Origin: Octopus bimaculoides
Lineage: Eukaryota
Length of the DNA stretch: 64,000 nucleotides
Direction: 5' to 3'
Assembly: GCF_001194135.2 (NCBI RefSeq)
Contig: NC_068991.1
Coordinates: forward strand, 75,252,863 to 75,316,862
The stretch's first letter is position 1; every line of letters starts with the position of its first letter. The notes beneath the pieces are model-generated. The model ran no database searches. It was given only the letters and a program-made list of their open reading frames with translations, and had not been told where the DNA came from. Positions 38,412 to 51,390 of the stretch are shown here, one piece after another. The position numbers and the translations under genes were made by a program.

Positions 38412-38646
38412 AAGGAAACATATCAGTAAAATTACAGTGTTAACAAACTAGATGTCCTACAGGTATCCAATTTCTGCATCAATTCTAACTTCCTCTCCTT
38501 CCTACACACATACACACATGCGCACATGTGTGTGTATATACATATATATACAGACACATACATACACATCTATAACACAACCATTATATGTGTGTATGTA
38601 TAGACACACACACACACATATACACATCTCTCTCTCTCTCTTGCTG

Positions 38647-38728
<82 letters not shown>

Positions 38729-39589
38729 TAGATAAAAGAATATATATATATATAAATATTGACGGAAATGGAGAAATGCAATTGTCATATATGCATATAT
38801 ATATATATATACACACACACACATATATATATACACACACACACATATACATACATACATACATACATACATTCATACATACATATATATATGTACATGG
38901 GTATGCATGTCTGTTGCATATATTGTATTTATATATATGTGTATATATATTTATGCGTTGGGTGGCGTGGGGGCCTACTTTAATGGCATTCTAAATTCTA
39001 TTTACCCTGTTGTGTGTGTTGTAGTCTATGTTGCAATAAAATGGAAATGCTGATATATTGGTTTGTCTTTGAACAGGCCTTTTGATGTTGACCTTAAAAT
39101 ATTGATCCTGTCGTATTTGTTTGCCCATTTGCTAATATTCTTAGAAATTTTCGCTGCAAACACCTTCACCTACATGTATGCACGTGTGCTTATGTGCATG
39201 TGTATGCATGTGTGCATTTGTGTGTGTGTATGCATGTGTGTGTTTGTGTGTGTGTGGTGTTCATAGGAAAATAGTTTTGGTTATTTTTCTAGGAAGTTGT
39301 AGGAAGCTATTCTTGGATATTTTTCTAATGGAAACAGTTACATAATATGTTGCATGTTGTAATCGAGTTCCTGCCATCCAAAATCCTACCGCTAATTGCT
39401 GTGGTAATTGATGTCTCATTCACTTTATATACATTTCTTGTGGTGTGTATACAGGGTAGCTGAATGGTTATGGAGTTTGTTTCAAAATCACGAAGTCCTG
39501 GTTCCACTGCCACTGTGTAGCATTTTAGAAATGTCTAATCAAGCCTTGTCGGTAATATTAGGTTGATAGAAACTTTGTGGATGCCAACC

Positions 39590-40232
39590 AACTGGATTGC
39601 ATCAGTTATGCGGTAGCAGTAGAGGGAACCTGTGGAAAAGGTAGACCCAGGAAGACCTGAGATGAGGTGTTGAAGCACGACCTTTGAATGTTGAGCCTCA
39701 TCAAGGCAATGACAAGTGACCGAGACCTTTGGAGATATGCTGTGCTTGAGATGATCCAGCAAACCAAGTGGGACCATAACTGTGGCCTAAACCAGTGCAG
39801 CATAACTGACCCATTTAAGAGCACCCTTCAATCATTGGGCAATAAACTGTGCTTGCAAAGACCCTTTGAGGCAAGCGACGTCATTGTCATGGCCGAGGCT
39901 AGTACCACCTGATTGGCACATAAAAAGCACCATTAGAGCATGGTCAATGCTAGTGCTGGCTGACTCATCCCATGACGGTGGCATGTAAAAAGCACCATTC
40001 AAGTGTGGTTGATTTCAGTGCCGCTTGACTGCCCCTCATGCCAGTGGCACATAAAAAGCATCCCTTACATTCTAGGAGTGGTTGGCATTAGGAAGGGCAT
40101 CCAAGTGTAGAATCTTTGCCAGATCGGATTGGAGCCTCGTGCAGCCTTCTGGCTCACCAGCCCTCAGTCAAACTGTCCAACCCATGCCAGCATGGAAAAC
40201 GGATTTTAAACAATGACGGTGATGATGATGAT
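39590..40232 (+). mobile_element. RTE-LINE 3' end (ORF C-terminus, 3' UTR and (gat)n tail)
   Basis: AVEGTCGKGRPRKT*DEVLKHDL*MLSLIKAMTSDRDLWRYAVLE (RGRP...W...DR..WR motif) runs into the family B repeat sequence. Confidence 0.75.
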
Positions 40233-41083
40233 TCAAAATGTCTGACTTTATCTCGCACAGTTCCATACTTGCACCTGTTCTGCTTTATGCTATGAGACTT
40301 ATGGTAGGTGTACAGAACCTTACAGCTAATTCAGCCAATGCATTTTTACTGACAACACACCACCGAGGTCAACATTACCTTTCGTTCCTCTCAGTATAAT
40401 AAAATAGACTAATTGTGAAGTACCCAGGGTAGTGAGTCACTTCATCTCACATTGCTCTACGATCACCTTGACACCTGAGACATGGTACACCTTGGTACAC
40501 CTGTTGAGGCAATGTTGATTTGATGAAGGGAATGAGCTATTGTATGACACACAGACATTTGTTCACTCTGAACAAATCCTTTGTGCAAGCCCTGTGCCAA
40601 ACACTGAACATACATATGTTGTCTTTGACTGGAGATTTCATCACAGAATCTTCAGCATACCTGGTAAAATGGTTAGTGGCATTTTGTCTGTCTTTACATC
40701 CTGAGATTAAATTCAACTGAGGTCAACTTTGCCTTTCATTCTTTTGGGGTTGATAAATTGATTAAATGCCAGGGAAACACTGGGGTCACTGTAATTTACA
40801 AGTCCCCCTCCCCACATATTTCAGGCCTTGTGCCTTTAGTAGAAAGAATTACCATTATCATTATTATTATTATCATCATCATCGTCGTCACCATGATTCC
40901 TTCTTTTTTTTTTTGCAGTGGAGTTCTTTGTATATTAAAATGGTTCTGAAGAAACTTGTGTTTTGTTAGATTCAGTAGTTTTCAGATTTTTAAATAGCAA
41001 AAGATAAAAGTTTCCATTACAGAGTTCTAAAAGTTGAACATGTTCATCATTGACCTCCTAAGCTGTGCAACATGTTCATATAT

Positions 41084-41862
41084 NNNNNNNNNNNNNNNNN
41101 NNNNNNNNNNNNNNNNNNNNNNNNNNNNNNNNNNNNNNNNNNNNNNNNNNNNNNNNNNNNNNNNNNNNNNNNNNNNNNNNNNNNNNNNNNNNNNNNNNNN
41201 NNNNNNNNNNNNNNNNNNNNNNNNNNNNNNNNNNNNNNNNNNNNNNNNNNNNNNNNNNNNNNNNNNNNNNNNNNNNNNNNNNNNNNNNNNNNNNNNNNNN
41301 NNNNNNNNNNNNNNNNNNNNNNNNNNNNNNNNNNNNNNNNNNNNNNNNNNNNNNNNNNNNNNNNNNNNNNNNNNNNNNNNNNNNNNNNNNNNNNNNNNNN
41401 NNNNNNNNNNNNNNNNNNNNNNNNNNNNNNNNNNNNNNNNNNNNNNNNNNNNNNNNNNNNNNNNNNNNNNNNNNNNNNNNNNNNNNNNNNNNNNNNNNNN
41501 NNNNNNNNNNNNNNNNNNNNNNNNNNNNNNNNNNNNNNNNNNNNNNNNNNNNNNNNNNNNNNNNNNNNNNNNNNNNNNNNNNNNNNNNNNNNNNNNNNNN
41601 NNNNNNNNNNNNNNNNNNNNNNNNNNNNNNNNNNNNNNNNNNNNNNNNNNNNNNNNNNNNNNNNNNNNNNNNNNNNNNNNNNNNNNNNNNNNNNNNNNNN
41701 NNNNNNNNNNNNNNNNNNNNNNNNNNNNNNNNNNNNNNNNNNNNNNNNNNNNNNNNNNNNNNNNNNNNNNNNNNNNNNNNNNNNNNNNNNNNNNNNNNNN
41801 NNNNNNNNNNNNNNNNNNNNNNNNNNNNNNNNNNNNNNNNNNNNNNNNNNNNNNNNNNNNNN
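41084..41862. other. assembly gap
   Basis: N run beside (TA)n. Confidence 1.
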
Positions 41863-41909
<47 letters not shown>

Positions 41910-43574
41910 TGTTATTGTGAGTGTATCTACAGAATCTTACCTTACTGGCAGCTATGAGGTCAGGGCAGGGTTGGCAGTGGGGAAAATGATTTTTGCCTTT
42001 TCATATACTTAACCGAATTCGTTACAAAGAACAATATTGTTTATGATATTCTGGCGTTCATCTTTGATTGGCCACCGTTGACTTGTCCATTATCCATTAT
42101 TTGTCACAGGTGAGTGAGCTTCTTTGCAAATACTTACGCAATATATTTTACATTGAATAAAGGGTAACCAAGTGTAAACATCCTTTTGGTTTAGAAAATG
42201 GTTTCAGTTTTTCTTCTTCTTTTATTGTGATACAGTTATGAATTGGATTATCTTGTATTATTGTGGCATTTACTTTACATTTACGCAATATTGTTCAATT
42301 GCTAGAATGTACTTTGAAGTTTTTGTCTATTTCACTCTTTCTGATAGTCTTACCTCCTTTTCCGCTCTTTTACTTTCTCTCTTACCCTTCGTCCTTCCTT
42401 TTCTTTCTTTCTTTCTTTCTTTCTCTCTTTCTTTCTTCTTTCTTTCTTTCTTTCTTTCTCCTTTCTCTCTTCCTTCCACTCGATCATTTACTTTCTCTGC
42501 TTTTTCACCTCTTCATCTCTCACATTTTAGAAAATCTGTGCGCATGTGTGTGTGTGTGTGTGTGTGTATGTGTTTATCTTATGTATATGTATGTATTTAT
42601 TATATATGCTTATACGTATATATTTATACACATCTATATATATGTGTGTGTATGTATGTATATATATATATATATATAGAAATATATAAACATACATATA
42701 CATATATATATATATATGTGTGTGTATATATACACATGTTAATATATATGTGTGTGTGTGTGTATATACATATCTGTTTGTGTATATATATATATATATG
42801 TGCGTATATATATATATGTTTATATAAATAATGTTAAAGACTATGTCAAGAGAACAAGAGATAACATACTTGCATAAGATGAAATGTCATTGGAATGGTT
42901 CATCTTTGACTAAAGACATGACATTGTTATTCAGCAACACAGATGGAAGTAGTGTTTGTCATCAATAAACATCCAGCTTAGTAATTGCTGATTCACAAGC
43001 TGACACTTCGTTCTATCTAACAAAGCATCAATGGCCAAATTGTCCTGATTCCGGCTGTAAAACAACATTGTATATTTGACCAGTATTCTGTTTATCTGCA
43101 CTGCTTTTGTTGAACACATCTGTTTTTTTTCTTCTTCTTTCTTTCTTTTTACGTTTTTTTTTTGTGCTAGGTGGGGCGGGGCACCCTTCTTTAGGTGATG
43201 GTTGGGTCTTAGATGGCATCAGTGAAACCATTAAGCCTGCTTGCACTCTCTAATATAATCAGTTACATAGACATCCAGCAGGCAATGGTTCATGTTCCAT
43301 CCATTTAATTTTCTTTAATTTCGAACCAATTATGATGCTTGTATGGGGTCACGTGCCCTGTTCGAAATGACTGACAAATCTTACCTGTTCGAAATGACTG
43401 ACAAATCTTACTCTAATCTTGTGGGGGAAAAAACAAAATGAATGGATGGATGGATGCAAAGAAAATTAGATCATGCATTTTTTTCATTATTTTGTTTAGT
43501 ACCCTTTTCGAATATCTGTTGTGAAACCTGTTTTTAGTGCCTTGTGGTGGTGTAACAGTGTCTGTGAAGTGGGA

Positions 43575-44200
43575 ATAACAGTGACTGACAATGATGCACA
43601 AGGAATATCATTGCAAGAGCATATCCAAAATGAGATAATTCAAGAATGGAGAAGGGTGAACGGTGTGATTGCTGAATACCAAAAGCACAAGTTCCACTGG
43701 GTTAGACATGTTGCAGGAACCACAGATAACTTGTGGGCCCATGCAGTTGCAAAGTGGTATCTAAAAGATCACCAAAAGCCACTCCAAAGGCTTCCACCAT
43801 AACTGTTTGTTTGCGCCCTTTTTAAGCCTGACCAGGCTCATGGGCCCGGTTTCCCGGTTTCTATGGTGTATGTGTTCCCCCCAGCTGGATGGGACGCCAG
43901 TCCATCGCAGCGTTACTTAAGAAACAGGAAGAAAGAATGAGAGAAAGTTGAGGCGAAAGAGTACAACAGGGGTCGCCACCATACCCTGTCAGAGCCTCGT
44001 GGAGCTTTAGGTGTTTTTACTCAATAAACACACACAACGCCTGGTCTGGGAATTGAAACCATGATCCTCCGACCGCAAGTCCGCTGCCCTAACACTGGGT
44101 CATTGCGCCTCCACTTTCCACCATAATGAGAAGATGATTTTGTTAAATGATTTGGGCCAAGATGGAAAACAACTGCACAATTGAGAAAGACTTGCAAGCA
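43575..44200 (+). pseudogene. RTE-LINE ORF C-terminal relic interrupted by a SINE
   Basis: SLQEHIQNEII...KFHWVRHVAGTTDNLWAHAVAKWY...QRLPP, then a degenerate continuation (EDDFVK*FGPRWKTTAQLRK) after the SINE. Confidence 0.65.
43803..44115 (-). mobile_element. tRNA-derived SINE with 11-bp TSD
   Basis: Minus head ggaggcgcaatgacccagtgttagggcagcggac...ggtttcaattcccagacc. TSD ttccaccataa at 43792-43802 and 44116-44126. Confidence 0.85.
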
Positions 44201-44689
44201 TTCAACAACATCCAATTGCTTGGATGATACAGTGATATGGTGATATCTGAAATTCAAATTGGATGGTCACAGAATACCTTGGCACATAAGTTCGCGCTCT
44301 TAGAACTGACTGAGATGTGAACAATCCAATACTGTAGGAAATCGTATCAAAGATACAAAAAATTGTATCTGAGATGTGGACACTAAAAAAACACAATGGT
44401 GTATGGAAGTCTTTGTTGCTATTTTTGCTGCTGTTGTTGTTGTTGTTGTTGTTTAGCAGTGGATGGAAGAAAGTTCAGAGTGTGGCATTAATGACTTCTT
44501 TCAGTATTTTGTTTTGTCTCCTAAAGTTCTGCTTTCAAATACTGCTAAGATTATCTTGGATCTCAGCAATGTGCTGTAGATTGATTCAGTCAGTTATACT
44601 CCTTTCACTTTACGCTAAAATTCAATTTGGAATCCTCCTGTGTTGTTGTTGTTGTTGTTGTTATTGTTGCTACTATTACTATTATTATT

Positions 44690-44930
44690 ATTTCTTTATT
44701 GCCCACCGGGGGCTAAACATAGAGGGGACAAACAAGGACATGCAAAGGGATTAAGTTGATTACATCGACCCCTCTCCCAGTGCATAACTGGTACTTATTT
44801 AATCGACCCCAAAAGGATGAAAGGCAAAGTCAACCTTGGCAGAATTTGAACTCAGAACATAATGGCAGACAAAACACTGTTAAGTATTTCACCCAGCATG
44901 CTAGCGATTCTTCTAGCTTGCCACCCTAAA
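44690..44930 (-). mobile_element. SINE family C, flanked by (TAT)n on both sides
   Basis: gattacatcgacccc..cagtgcataactggtacttatttaatcgaccccaaaaggatgaaaggcaaagtcaacc. Confidence 0.75.
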
Positions 44931-44941
44931 TACTATTATTA

Positions 44942-44993
<52 letters not shown>

Positions 44994-45061
44994 CATCACC
45001 ATTTTTGAAGTAGCATGTTGAATGTTTTCTCAAAAAGGAGAAAATAACGATCTCTTAAAAT

Positions 45062-45099
<38 letters not shown>

Positions 45100-46034
45100 A
45101 GCAAAGAAAGAAAGCTAACATTCCTAGTATTGTATCTAATTAAGCTGAGTGAGAAGAGATTTTCTATAATTCACTTTTCAATACCTTTTTAAATGATAAG
45201 ATTCAGACAAGCTTTGTTACAGCTTCCCTTGGAGCATCTTAGTGCTGAGGGTTATAAAAATACCCAAATAAATAATGAAATAGAATTAAAAACGAACAAA
45301 CAATTATAAACACACACACACACGTGCACACACAAAACTACATAGATAACTGGGTTTTTGTATTATTCAGTCAAGACTAACCTAGAATATTTATTGTTAA
45401 ACTATCAGATTGAATATCTTAAGCTGTATTTATTAAGTCGAGAGGATGAGCAGCACCCGAGGCTGTTGCTAGCAGCATCTTGATTTGCAGCATGATAAAC
45501 ATTTGTTTAAATTCAATAAAAATCTAAAATTCTGAAAGAAAATTATAAATAATGAATACTAAGGTATATAATTTTCCCTTCAAATGAGAAAAGGATAGAA
45601 ATATTGGTTTATTGAACTAGCTTTTCAAATTGAGATTTGAGTCTGAAGATATAATTAAAATAGTTTATTCCTCTATTGTACTTACCTTTTGTGTTTAAAA
45701 AATCACTATTTTTTCTGGATATGAAATATCTTATTCTGTTGTGTATAATCTAAGTTAGCCAGCGTCATAAAGGTAGTTCATGGAGTTAAACAATGGATCA
45801 TATCTATATTATGGCCCTTGATCTTCTATCTAAGCATAGATTGGTGCATATTTTATGCCGAGAACATTAAGGAAAATGGAATGGGAAAGGAGAAGTTCTC
45901 TGCAAGTTTGTGTACTTTTAATTTGCATGAACCTTGTTCCTTTACATTGGTGACCTATCTGTATATACACCCAGTACACTTTGTAAAGTGGTTGGCATTA
46001 AGAACGACATCCAGCTATAGAAACCAGTTGACCA

Positions 46035-46272
46035 TGTCCCTATTTGTTCTATGTACTTCTTGAGATTTTTACTCACTGTTCCCAGGGCTCCAACAATTAT
46101 TGGTACCACTATCACCTTTTTCATCGACCACAACTGCTTTACCTCCCAAGCTAACTTGTTATACCTATCGACTTTTCTTTCTTCCTTTTCGCATACCTTT
46201 TTTGTCAGCTGGGCATGCTATATCTATGATCCAGCATAGTTTGGTTTCTTTCTCAATTAAGACTATGTCTGG
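46035..46272 (-). mobile_element. R4/Dong-like RLE non-LTR retrotransposon fragment
   Basis: Minus translation includes W.MKKVIVVPIIVGALGTVSKNLKKYIEQIG; 5' end abuts (TAA)n at 46273-46335. Confidence 0.75.
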
Positions 46273-46273
46273 C

Positions 46274-46315
<42 letters not shown>

Positions 46316-48611
46316 CATTATTATTATTATTATTAGAGCCACTCTAAGCAGTGATGTTTAAAATTAAGCTGTGTACACATATATTTACCATGTTTGTGTA
46401 CACTCAAAGCTGGAAAGACCTTTGCTGTGTTAACTCTCTTGGAGGAGAAACTTTCCTCATAAATTGTGTATGCAAAAAGCATATTTCCCATTAAAGTTTG
46501 TTGGTGGCTGGACAATACTCCTTGACCAATAGCCACAATGCTTGTATGCACCAGGGAGAAATACCTCAAACTCTTTGCTCAGTCAGCTGTGGATTATTTT
46601 GATGATTTAAGAGAATTGTTTTCCTTTTATATTCCTTGGTTGCCTCATCTATTTCAGAGCAGTTTAAACACACACACACACGGGGTTGATGCATAGATAT
46701 CATTAAGTATATCTATAATATTTAAGGGCTCAATTAATCAAGCCCATTGTTAAATTCCAATACATTATTACAATGCAGTAAATATTGATACAATTAACCT
46801 GCATGACTATACTGTATCAGCTAAAATGCTAGCTGTGAGCAACGTTTCTAGAATAGTAAAAAGCAGAAATCGTAAATTTTGTTTATAATTCATAATCAAA
46901 TTGTTCTTGACAGCTGTTTCAGTACAGTAAGAGCATTAGAAATTATATAATTATGTAATCAACATATGATGTGTTACCCATTTCATTGGGAGAGAAATAT
47001 GAAATAATAGTGTATTAATTGCACAACTAATGTTTTTTAATGTACTGAAACAGCTGTCAAGAACAATTAAAACTTGAATCATATGTAAGATTTATGCTTT
47101 TCTATTTTTACGAATCTAAATGTCTATTATTATTGTTATTATTATCAAAAGAAATTATTATTATTATTGTTAAGGTCGCAAGCAGGCACAATCTTTACCC
47201 TGCCGAACAAAAGGTTTCGTAGCATTTTGTCCATCTTTACATTCTGGGTTCAAATTCTGCTGAGGTCAGTTTAGCCTTTCATCATTTTGTGGTTGATGAA
47301 ATAAGTACCAGCTGGAGCACTGGGGTTGGGTGGCTTGACAGGATCCAACAAGAACTGCATTTTGTTCCATTGCCTACTGCTGGGTGCTCTTCATAATGCC
47401 AAACCCTTTACTGGGTGCTCTTTGTGTGCCACTAGTACTAGTGAGGTGTTGCAAAATAACTTGTAAGACTACGAACTCCGAGAGAGGCAGCTTCATGCTA
47501 GGAGAGAAAGGGTTGAGGGAAGGGGCCACAGTAGAATATCTCTTGTTGCAGAACAGCTACATGATTACCCCCACATTGAGTGGAGCGGGGTGATCAACGT
47601 GGAACTTGGGAAGAGATAGAATTAATGGTGATGAGGTGTCTGAGTGGACCCTCCATGGCTCCACCCACAAAAAATAAATTACATTTGCTTTTTATTTATT
47701 TAATTTTTTTTAATTCAGACACCATATTTAGAACTGATCTATTCATTGAGATATTTGGTGACGGTTATAAAATATTAACAACAAAATAGTAAATAAAAGT
47801 AGTCTGAATATTTTATTTACATCAATGCTTCATGCTCCTTGTGAAGTAGAGATGGGGGAGAAAAATGAGTGGTGGTGAGAGTGGTACCATTATTTTCACC
47901 GAAATCTAAAACAGCAAAACTCATTAGCATTCAACTTATTACTTTTACAGCAACAAGGAATATCTATCCACCTAAATGTTCCTGTCATTTATCTATTCAC
48001 TAAATTGCTTTCATATACCACTCCCCTTTTACACAAACATTTACCTCTTTGTTGATTGTTTTTCTGTTGTTGTTATTTTTTGTTTTTATCTCAAACAACA
48101 TAAATTGTATATCCATCTCCATTACAAACACCTACCGCTAGTTTAATGCCTTTAAAAAAAAAAAAATTTTTTTTTTTTTTGAATCATTGCGGTAATGGAT
48201 TTTATATTGATGCACATATTATTTACCAGTGTCAATAACCATCTTTCTTGAATATTTATTATTTCTAGGAGATAAAATTTCATTTATTGTAGTATGTCTA
48301 ATGGTAGAGAAAGATACTAAATTGTAGGATTCACCAAGCTGAGTTGCATTCTTTTATGAGATATACTGCACATTCAAATATCATTGCTTGACCTTTTAAA
48401 AATAACAGTGAAATCTTCCTCTAATCATATCCTGCTTTCTTTCTATTTTAAATTAATAGTAATTGTAATTAATTGCAATAATAATGATCATGATCATGAT
48501 GATTATCATCATTATCATCCTTTACCATCTGTTTTCCATGCTGGCATGGGTTAATAATAATGATGGTAGTAGTGGTGGTGGTGGAGGTGGTGGTGGTGAT
48601 GATGATGATGA

Positions 48612-49030
48612 TTCAGTGTGGCCATGAGATAGAGAATAGGAAGCAAGACACAATCTTAATTCAGAAAGAAAGCAAACTATGCTGGATCCTAGATATAGCA
48701 TGCCCAGCTGATAACAAGGTATGCGATAAGGAAGAAAGAAAAGTTGAGAGATATGACAAGTTAGCTTGGGATGTTAAGCAGTTGTGGTTGAGGAAAAAGG
48801 TAGCAGGAGTACCAATAATTGTTGGAGCCCTGTGAACAGTGAGCAAAAATCTTGAGAAATACGTGGAACAAATAGGGGCTGCAATAAGGGTGGAGCACTT
48901 GCAGAAAACAGCACTGCTTGGAACTGCTCGAATACTCCGGAAGTTCCTCGAAAAATAAGAGGTGTTACATTAGTTCACTGGTAGTGAACAGCTGACACTG
49001 TAATACATCTCCAGTGTTAGAAGCTGTACA
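48612..49030 (+). mobile_element. R4/Dong-like RLE non-LTR retrotransposon 3' fragment
   Basis: QCGHEIENRKQDTILIQKESKLCWILDIACPADNKVCDKEERKVERYDKL...LQKTALLGTARILRKFLEK*; 3' UTR ends aaggcaatgataataataat. Confidence 0.85.
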
Positions 49031-49355
49031 AAGGCAATGATAATAATAATGGTGATGATGATGATGATGGTTTTAAATTTTGGCACAAGGCCAGCAATTT
49101 CGTGGGAGGGGGTGAGTCGAATGCATCAACCCCAGTACTTGACTGGAACTCATTAGGTTGACCTCAAAAGGATCAAAAACAAAGTCAACCTTGGCTGGAT
49201 TTGAACTCAGAATGTAAAGACAAACAAAATGCTGCTAAGCATTTTGTCTGGCATGCTAACAATTCTGCCAGTTCACTGCCTTAATAATAATAATGATAAT
49301 GATAATAGTATACACACAGAAATGTATATACATCTGCCTTAATTATAATAATAAC

Positions 49356-49390
<35 letters not shown>

Positions 49391-50719
49391 TGATAATATA
49401 CAGTTATGCACTGGGGTTGATGTAATCGACTTAATCCCTTTGTTTGTCCCCTCTGTGTTTGTCCCCTCTGTGTTTGTCCCCTCTGTGTTTAGAACCCTGT
49501 GGGCAATAAAGAAATATATATATATATATAGGTTTTCTGGTTGTTAGTTGTTTGAACTGTCACTTTAGTTTTGAAAGCAAATTATTTACTGTCCAATAAC
49601 CTACAAATATAAGAATATTGAAACAGTTATGGTTTAAACTATGCTATATCCATTTTCAGAGTGGCTTCCTCCTGTCATTTTTCTTTGAAATCCTGTATCT
49701 TAGGGCGGATAGATTACAGATCAAAAAGGCTGAAATTCCTCTGTAATGCTAAAAACTATTTTATGAAATATCATTCTCTCATATGAAATAATATTACTTC
49801 TTATTCACTGGAACATTTGTATCTATTCTTGTAAACTGCTTTATCTTAATGGGAATCTTTCATTCAATGAGGAACTATGTCTGTCATCATGCTAAAAATT
49901 CCATTTGCTTTAATAGGAATTTCTCATTCAGTAATCTTTGTATGTCATCATGCAGTATTTTGTTGTCTTAAAAACTCCTATTTCTATTTCTAATGCTTCT
50001 GCATTTCTGCTCTCAGACTTTGTCTGCACTTCATCCAGATATCTTCATTGAATTTGTAAAAGAGAGGATATCATCAGAGCTTTGTGTCTCTGCCAGCAAT
50101 TTATTATATGCACTTTTCACAATGTTCTTTCTGCTTTTCTCTGCAATTTCTTACTGTCTTGTATGTCATACTGCTTTGTGGAACTCTTTTTAATGGAAGT
50201 ATTTCCTTAATACATCAATACTTATTGAAATTTAAGAAAAGCATATACGTCAACAAGTTACTTAATACTTCGCAGAAGAGAAAAGTATTCTTTATCATCT
50301 GTACATAGAATAGATTATATTTCTTCAAAACACCACAAAGTAAACTCATTGTACAGAATTAAATAGTCAATGACCCTCTGGTGAGCAGGATAATAGCAAA
50401 ACTTAAAACTACTATGTTTTAAAAATTTCTATCTCAGAAAGTCTCTGCAATCTTTTAAAATCTTTTGATAACGTAGTAAAAGAAATAAAAAGAAAAAACT
50501 CAACCAAAACACACAAAAAGTAAGAAATATTTTGATGTCTATAAAACCTCCCCAGCATTTATCAATATTGTCATCGTCATCATTGGGTTGTACAGTTCAA
50601 ATTCAAACATTGTGTTACACCACTTGTCATCCGCACTTGCCATCTCCTTGTGTGAGGTTCATAACATGAAGATCAGCCTTTACCATTTCTTCCCATATCG
50701 AATTCTGTTCTTGAGGAAA

Positions 50720-51095
50720 TGTAGCTGTGTGGTTAAAAGTTTTCTTCTCAACCACATGGTTCTGGGTTCCATCCCACTGTGTGACACCTTGAGCAAGTGT
50801 CTTCTACTATAGCTTTGGGCTAACCAAGGCTTTGTGAGTGGATTTGGTAGATGGAAACTGAAAGAAGCCTGTGTGTGTGTGTGTCTTTTTGTATGTCTTT
50901 TTATCCGCATGCCATTGCTTGGCAACTGGTGTTGGTTTATTTATGTTCCCATAACTTAGTAGTTCAGCAAAATGAAACCAATAGAACAAGTACCATGCTT
51001 AAAAAATAAGTACTGTAGCCGATTCATTTGACTGAACTTCAAGATGTTGCTCCAGCATGGCTACAGTCCATTGACTGAAGCAAGTAAAAGATTAA
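50720..51095 (+). mobile_element. SINE family A (diverged, near full length)
   Basis: gtagctgtgtggttaaaag...ccttgagcaagtgtcttctactatagc...ctccagcatggctacagtccattgactgaagcaagtaaaaga. Confidence 0.75.
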
Positions 51096-51190
51096 AACAT
51101 TAACCGTCACTCATGTTTCTGCTCACTAATGACTCAATGTCCAATTCCTAGTCAAATCCCAACAAATATTTCTTTTGAACAAGCATTTAA

Positions 51191-51390
51191 CCCTTTCATT
51201 ACCAACCCGGCTGAAACCACCTCTGGCCCTGTAATACAAATGTCTTGTTTTCATAAGTTCTGAATTAAAACCTTCCACCAAACCATCGTCACAATTTATG
51301 ATCCTAACACTAGCTTAATGATAACTAAATCATTTTACTAAGTTCTTTGCTATATTTACAATTAATTGAAACAGAGTATCTCAACAGAGC
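51191..51390. mobile_element. piggyBac-like MITE, right end missing
   Basis: TTAA at 51187-51190 then ccctttcattaccaacccggctgaaaccacctctgg; homologous to 63141-63362. Confidence 0.7.

Noticed and set aside
41034-42012. ORFs of about 280-315 aa
   Set aside because: Almost entirely N-gap.
42030-42115. Plus-strand donor CAG|gtgagt with an open frame upstream
   Set aside because: Weak acceptor, no partner exon found, peptide unrecognisable.
43357-43411. Short tandem duplications (27 bp x2 here; 15 bp x3 near 49440-49487; 19 bp x2 near 63722-63760)
   Set aside because: Ordinary slippage duplications with no spacers; not CRISPR-like. No CRISPR array or rRNA is seen anywhere in the window.
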